From: an uncultured Ruminococcus sp.
GTDB taxonomy: Bacteria; Bacillota; Clostridia; Oscillospirales; CAG-272
Assembly (NCBI GenBank): GCA_902791785.1
Contig: CADAXH010000001.1
Location: 1 to 39,222, forward strand
Reading direction: 5' to 3'
Length of the DNA: 39,222 nt
A program made the position numbers and the translations under genes. Below, piece by piece: positions 34,865-39,222 of this stretch (its first letter is position 1; each line of letters starts with the position of its first letter). A model generated the notes under the pieces. That model made no database searches. It had not been told where the DNA came from and was given only the letters and a program-made list of their open reading frames with translations.

Positions 34865-35815
34865 ATGTACAAAGTATCACTTGCTCCAATGGCCGGCATG
34901 GCTGACAGAGCCTACAGATTGATATGCAAATCTCACGGGGCCGAATACCTCACCACCGAAATGATTTCAGCCAAGGCCGTATGCTACGGAGACAAAAAAA
35001 CCTTTGAAATTGCCGAAATGGATCAGTCGGAAATGCCCGAGGCAATCCAGATTTTCGGTTCAGAGCCCGAGTTCATGGGGAAAGGCGCCTATCTTCTGCT
35101 GGAACATGCGTCAAAGAAAGGAATAACCCCATCTGCCATCGATATAAACATGGGGTGTCCGGTGCCAAAAATAACCAGAAACGGCGAAGGATCTTCGCTT
35201 ATGAAAAATCCCGGACTTGCCGGAAGAATAATAGACGAAACCATAAAGAACACTTCAGGGATACCGGTAACTGTCAAAATGAGACTGGGGTGGGACTCGG
35301 CAAGCATCAATGTTGTAGAATTCGCAAAAATGGCAGAGGCGCACGGAGCAAGCTCCATCTGCATACATGCAAGGACAAAGGAGCAGATGTACTCCCCTTC
35401 CGCAGACTGGTCGTGGATAGCAAAAGTCAAACAGCAGGTTTCAATTCCCGTAGTCGGCAACGGAGACATATTTGACGGAAACGATGCAGTAAACATGTTT
35501 AAGCAGACAAACTGCGACGCAGTAGCCGTTGCAAGAGGAGCACTCGGAAATCCCTGGATTTTTGAAGACATCAGAGACAGACTTGAAGGAAAAACGCCCA
35601 AGAACATAACCAAGAGCATACGCATTAACGAGGCAATCAGATATCTTAAGCTTGCAGTTGAACTGAAGGGCGAAGAAAAAGGCGTCATTGAGAGCAGAAA
35701 AATACTCGGATTCTTTGTAAAAGGCCTGTACGGATCACCAAGAGTCAGAAATCTGATAAACCTGACTTCAAATGAAAAAGATATGACGGAACTTCTTCTG
35801 TCAATGGAGGACTGA
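34865..35815 (+). CDS. dusB: tRNA dihydrouridine synthase
   Basis: Start set at MYKVSLAPMAGMADRAYR behind RBS GGAG. The upstream part of the ORF-track frame contains the promoter. TIM-barrel Dus motifs, catalytic INMGCP, and VTVKMRLGW. Confidence 0.9.
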   Translation: MYKVSLAPMAGMADRAYRLICKSHGAEYLTTEMISAKAVCYGDKKTFEIAEMDQSEMPEAIQIFGSEPEFMGKGAYLLLEHASKKGITPSAIDINMGCPVPKITRNGEGSSLMKNPGLAGRIIDETIKNTSGIPVTVKMRLGWDSASINVVEFAKMAEAHGASSICIHARTKEQMYSPSADWSWIAKVKQQVSIPVVGNGDIFDGNDAVNMFKQTNCDAVAVARGALGNPWIFEDIRDRLEGKTPKNITKSIRINEAIRYLKLAVELKGEEKGVIESRKILGFFVKGLYGSPRVRNLINLTSNEKDMTELLLSMED

Positions 35816-35819
35816 TCAC

Positions 35820-36377
35820 GTGAAGGATGAAAGCATCAGAATTGTCGTTTTCGACTGGCTCGAAGAAAACTTCGGAAAAATGAGAATATTTGAAGAGAGC
35901 CCTATCGGAAAATCCAGGTGTGATTTCTATGTAGTAACAGACAAACTGACCGGATTTGAAATAAAAAGCGATGCCGATTCATATGAAAGGCTGCCTAAAC
36001 AGATAAAGGATTATGACCAGTACTTTGACCAGAACTATATAGTGGTCGGGGCTCAGCACATCAAATCCGTTTCAAAAAAAGTCCCGGATTACTGGGGTAT
36101 ACTCTGTGTAACAGACGAAGAAGAAGGCTTCATTGTCAAGATGATAAGAAGGCCTGTTCCGAATCCCAAAGTCAAAAGAGAAAAACAGCTGAGCAAAATG
36201 TGGCACAACGAGCTCACGTCAATCGCCACAAAACTGGGCACCCCACTGTATATGGGAAAGAGCAAACCGACAAGAATAAAAGGAATCATCAAACACGCCA
36301 AAGACAGTGCTCTGCTCGGCGCCATATGCGAAGAGCTGTTTGAGAGAGACTACACAAATTATCAGGGCGAAGATTGA
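35820..36377 (+). CDS. PD-(D/E)xK nuclease-fold protein (sce7726/MmcB-like by resemblance), function unknown
   Basis: 185 aa. GTG start 4 nt after the dusB stop, with GGAGGA inside the dusB 3' end. Motif string E25/E26 ... D35 (CDFYVV) ... E47-I-K49 (GFEIKSD) fits the restriction-endonuclease-like core. Confidence 0.65.
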   Translation: MKDESIRIVVFDWLEENFGKMRIFEESPIGKSRCDFYVVTDKLTGFEIKSDADSYERLPKQIKDYDQYFDQNYIVVGAQHIKSVSKKVPDYWGILCVTDEEEGFIVKMIRRPVPNPKVKREKQLSKMWHNELTSIATKLGTPLYMGKSKPTRIKGIIKHAKDSALLGAICEELFERDYTNYQGED

Positions 36378-36446
36378 TAATTATACCGTTGTATAATTTT
36401 TAAAAATCTTTGCTGCACCACAACATTTCGAACGGAGGCTATAAAA

Positions 36447-38633
36447 ATGCAAAATCACATCATGGATGCAAGATGGCTTGCACCGACAGAACCGTCAGAC
36501 AAAAGATGTCTTGAATTTTTCAAGGATTTCAAACTGGACGAGGATATTGAATCTGCCACGCTGACCGCTTCAGCCCTGGGAGTTTACAAAGCCGAAATCA
36601 ACGGAAAGAAGGTCGGAGATATTGCTCTGGCTCCCGGCAGGACGTCTATGAGATACACCCTTATGTACCAGACTTATGACATAACGGATTTGCTGAAAAC
36701 AAAGAATCATATAGTTTTGACCGTTGCAGGAGGATGGAAAAGTCTCTATCCTCACGAGATACTCTTCAACCCAAGTCTGCCTTCCGGAGAATGCGCTGTT
36801 ATAGCGAGCATTGATGTGGAATATTCTGACGGATCGACGCAGACGATTCTCACCGACTGTTCATGGAAAATGCAGTATTCAAAAATAACGATGTCCGATC
36901 CTTATGACGGCGAGACATATGACGCGACATTCGTTTCTCCGAAACCGGTTGATGCAACTCCCATCATGTATCCGAGATGTTCCCTTGTTCCGCAGATAAA
37001 CGAGCCGACAAGAGAAAAAGAGACTTTAAAAGCTGTAAAATACATTAAAACTCCCGCAGGAGAAGACATAGTAGATTTCGGTCAGAATCTTGCAGGCTTC
37101 ATCGAATTTTCTTGCTGCGGCGAAAAAGGACACGTATTTGAACTTGAGTGCGGCGAGACACTTGACAAAGACGGAAACTTCTACAGAGGAAACTACAGAA
37201 AAGCGAAAGCAAAACTTACATACATAAGCGACGGAAAGAAAGCAAAATACAAGACCAGCATGGCATTTTTCGGATTCAGATATCTGCGGCTCACAGGCTG
37301 GAACGGAAAAGTTGACATCAGGGACTTCTCTGCTGTTGCAGTTTATTCAGACATGGAGAGAACCGGATACATTGAGACATCAGATCCGGATCTCAACCAG
37401 CTCTATTCCAATATTATATGGGGACAGAGGAGCAATTTCGTCGACGTTCCTACAGACTGCCCGCAGAGAGACGAAAAACTCGGATGGACAGGCGACGCAC
37501 AGGTATTCTGCAAATGCGCTTCCCTGAACTACAACACATATAACTTCTTCAGAAAATGGCTCAATGACATGAGAAACGACCAGAGGCCAGCCGGTGCAAT
37601 CCCGCAGGTCATTCCGAACAACGCAAACTGGGCTTCTCCCGCTTCATCCTGGTCCGACGCATGCTGCATCATACCATGGACGCTTTACCTCATATACGGA
37701 AACAGGCAGATTCTCGAAGAAAACTTCCAGATGATGAAATCCTGGGCCGAATATATAATCAGAACCGATGACGAATACTTCTCTTCGGAAAAACAATACG
37801 GGGACTGGCTCTCAACAGACATACCCGACACTTCATACATGAAAGGCGGAACAAACCGCAGATACATGGCTATGTGCGCCTCAGTCAAGACACTGGAAAT
37901 TGTGACAAAGACCGCAGAAGTACTTAATGTAAGAGGCGCGGATTTCACTGAAGACGCAGACAGAATCCGCAAAAAAATAGTGGACGAATTCTTTGACGGA
38001 AATTATCATCTGAAAGAAAAAACCCAGACCGCTTTCGTTGTTGCAATCGATTGCAGGATCTGGCCGGAAAAAAATGCTGAATTTGCAAAGGAACTTGTTC
38101 GTCTCGTCCATGAAAACGGAGACAGGATCTCAACGGGATTTGTCGGAACACCGTATATCCTTCATGTACTGAGCTCAAACGGATATTCTGAACTTGCATA
38201 CACTCTCCTTCTCCAGAAGAAATATCCTTCATGGCTTTACCCGCTCAGCAAAGGCGCGACGACAATGTGGGAGCACTGGGACGGAATAAAGGAAGACGGC
38301 AGCATGTGGAGCGACATAATGAATTCATTCAACCACTACGCATACGGCGCAGTAGGCGACTGGATATACACTGTGGCCGCGGGAATCAACTACGACGAAA
38401 GCGAACCGGGATTCAGAAAGATAACTATTTCTCCTGTCACCGATTCCAGGATCAGTTATCTGAAAGCCAGCCTCATAACAGATTACGGACTGGTTTCTTC
38501 AGAGTGGAAAAACGAAGGCAAAAAGACAACTTATACAATTGTTATTCCTGATGGCACAAAGGCTTCCGCCATTATTGAGGGCAAGCATCATTCTCTCAAA
38601 CCCGGCACCAACACGTTTGTGATCAGCCGCTAG
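36447..38633 (+). CDS. Glycoside hydrolase family 78 alpha-L-rhamnosidase
   Basis: 728 aa. N-terminal rhamnosidase beta-sandwich (LGVYKAEINGKKVGDIALAPGRTSM...YQTYDITDLL) and the hallmark VPTDCPQRDEKLGWTGDAQVF. Six-hairpin C-terminal half. No signal peptide. RBS GGAGG. Confidence 0.88.
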   Translation: MQNHIMDARWLAPTEPSDKRCLEFFKDFKLDEDIESATLTASALGVYKAEINGKKVGDIALAPGRTSMRYTLMYQTYDITDLLKTKNHIVLTVAGGWKSLYPHEILFNPSLPSGECAVIASIDVEYSDGSTQTILTDCSWKMQYSKITMSDPYDGETYDATFVSPKPVDATPIMYPRCSLVPQINEPTREKETLKAVKYIKTPAGEDIVDFGQNLAGFIEFSCCGEKGHVFELECGETLDKDGNFYRGNYRKAKAKLTYISDGKKAKYKTSMAFFGFRYLRLTGWNGKVDIRDFSAVAVYSDMERTGYIETSDPDLNQLYSNIIWGQRSNFVDVPTDCPQRDEKLGWTGDAQVFCKCASLNYNTYNFFRKWLNDMRNDQRPAGAIPQVIPNNANWASPASSWSDACCIIPWTLYLIYGNRQILEENFQMMKSWAEYIIRTDDEYFSSEKQYGDWLSTDIPDTSYMKGGTNRRYMAMCASVKTLEIVTKTAEVLNVRGADFTEDADRIRKKIVDEFFDGNYHLKEKTQTAFVVAIDCRIWPEKNAEFAKELVRLVHENGDRISTGFVGTPYILHVLSSNGYSELAYTLLLQKKYPSWLYPLSKGATTMWEHWDGIKEDGSMWSDIMNSFNHYAYGAVGDWIYTVAAGINYDESEPGFRKITISPVTDSRISYLKASLITDYGLVSSEWKNEGKKTTYTIVIPDGTKASAIIEGKHHSLKPGTNTFVISR

Positions 38634-38732
38634 GTGTCTTTACTTTATTGTAGTAATGTAGTATAATGTCAATATAATCAAATACTATTAAGGAATGGAG
38701 ATTCTGCACTTCTATTGCAGTTAGTTTTGTTT

Positions 38733-39194
38733 ATGAAATGTCCATCATGCGGTTATCTTGAAAGCAAAGTAATTGATTCCCGTCCTACCGACGAAGGCAG
38801 GAGCATAAGAAGAAGAAGAGAATGCCTCGAGTGCGGTGCGAGATTCACAACATTTGAAACACTTGAGTCCTACCCTATTCTCGTCATTAAGAAAAACGGA
38901 ACAAGGGAAGCATTTGACAGGACCAAGATAATGAACGGCTTGATCAAAGCATGTCAGAAGAGACCGGTAACAATGGAACAGCTTGAAAAAGTTGTAAGCG
39001 ACATTGAAAACGAACTGCAGAATTCTCTCAACCACGAGATCCAGTCTCAAAAAATAGGTGAGATGATTATTGACAAACTAAAAAAGATAGACGAAGTTGC
39101 ATATGTCAGATTTGCTTCAGTCTACAGAGAATTCAAAGATCTGGACACATTCATGAGAGAGCTGGCTGCTCTCAAAAATGAAAACAGAAGCTGA
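38733..39194 (+). CDS. nrdR: Transcriptional repressor NrdR
   Basis: Start set at [18 protein letters not shown] (canonical NrdR zinc ribbon CPSC...CLEC) followed by an ATP-cone. The nearest GGAG lies about 30 nt upstream, so the start is less certain; a TTG at 38715 is the alternative. Confidence 0.9.
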   Translation: MKCPSCGYLESKVIDSRPTDEGRSIRRRRECLECGARFTTFETLESYPILVIKKNGTREAFDRTKIMNGLIKACQKRPVTMEQLEKVVSDIENELQNSLNHEIQSQKIGEMIIDKLKKIDEVAYVRFASVYREFKDLDTFMRELAALKNENRS

Positions 39195-39207
39195 AAGGAG
39201 TTATTTG

Positions 39208-39222
39208 TATGGTAAACGTAAA
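39208..39222 (+). CDS. 5' end of a downstream ORF (truncated by the window edge)
   Basis: ATG at 39208 lies 8 nt after AAAGGAG (39193-39199). Only 5 codons (MVNVK) are visible. Confidence 0.25.

Noticed and set aside
38634-38732. AT-rich direct and inverted repeats upstream of nrdR (TGTAGTAA/TGTAGTAT, TAGTAT...ATACTA) as possible NrdR boxes.
   Set aside because: They overlap a plausible TTTACT-17-TATAAT promoter and lack the CAC/GTG cores I associate with NrdR boxes. AT-rich promoter sequence is the more likely explanation.

Overview
This window looks like a core-chromosome segment of a low-GC Firmicute. Gene order and content are Clostridia-like (possibly Oscillospiraceae/Ruminococcaceae); that placement is an inference. 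It is densely packed with housekeeping genes. On the + strand: pepO-like M13 peptidase, degV, gap, a GH78-like protein, the conserved tlyA-nadK-argR-recN block, a Tyr T-box leader with tyrS, dusB, a GH78 alpha-L-rhamnosidase and nrdR. On the - strand: rpsB-tsf, and a roughly 16-kb co-directional array running nadA-nadB-nadC, a prephenate-dehydratase-like protein, ruvC-ruvA-ruvB, a methyltransferase, ecfA1-ecfA2-ecfT-truA, a propeller-like membrane protein, cvpA, a ClpE-type AAA+ chaperone and a polytopic membrane protein. I saw no rRNA or tRNA genes, CRISPR arrays, transposases, integrases or prophage genes. All intergenic gaps are under about 250 nt and are largely explained by promoters, intrinsic terminators and one T-box. 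I could not identify a convincing multi-gene novel system. The most unusual elements are single genes or small modules: (1) a zinc-ribbon membrane protein with four perfectly phased 21-residue CCCH units; (2) a truncated prephenate-dehydratase/ACT-like protein, probably non-catalytic, wedged between nadC and ruvC; (3) the propeller protein-cvpA-clpE-type-membrane protein module; (4) a PD-(D/E)xK-fold protein translationally coupled to dusB; (5) an orphan pilin-like gene with Gln instead of Glu at +5; (6) two Thr/Glu-stalk lipoproteins with slippage-prone 15-nt repeats. All functional calls rest on motif recognition by eye. No database search was run.
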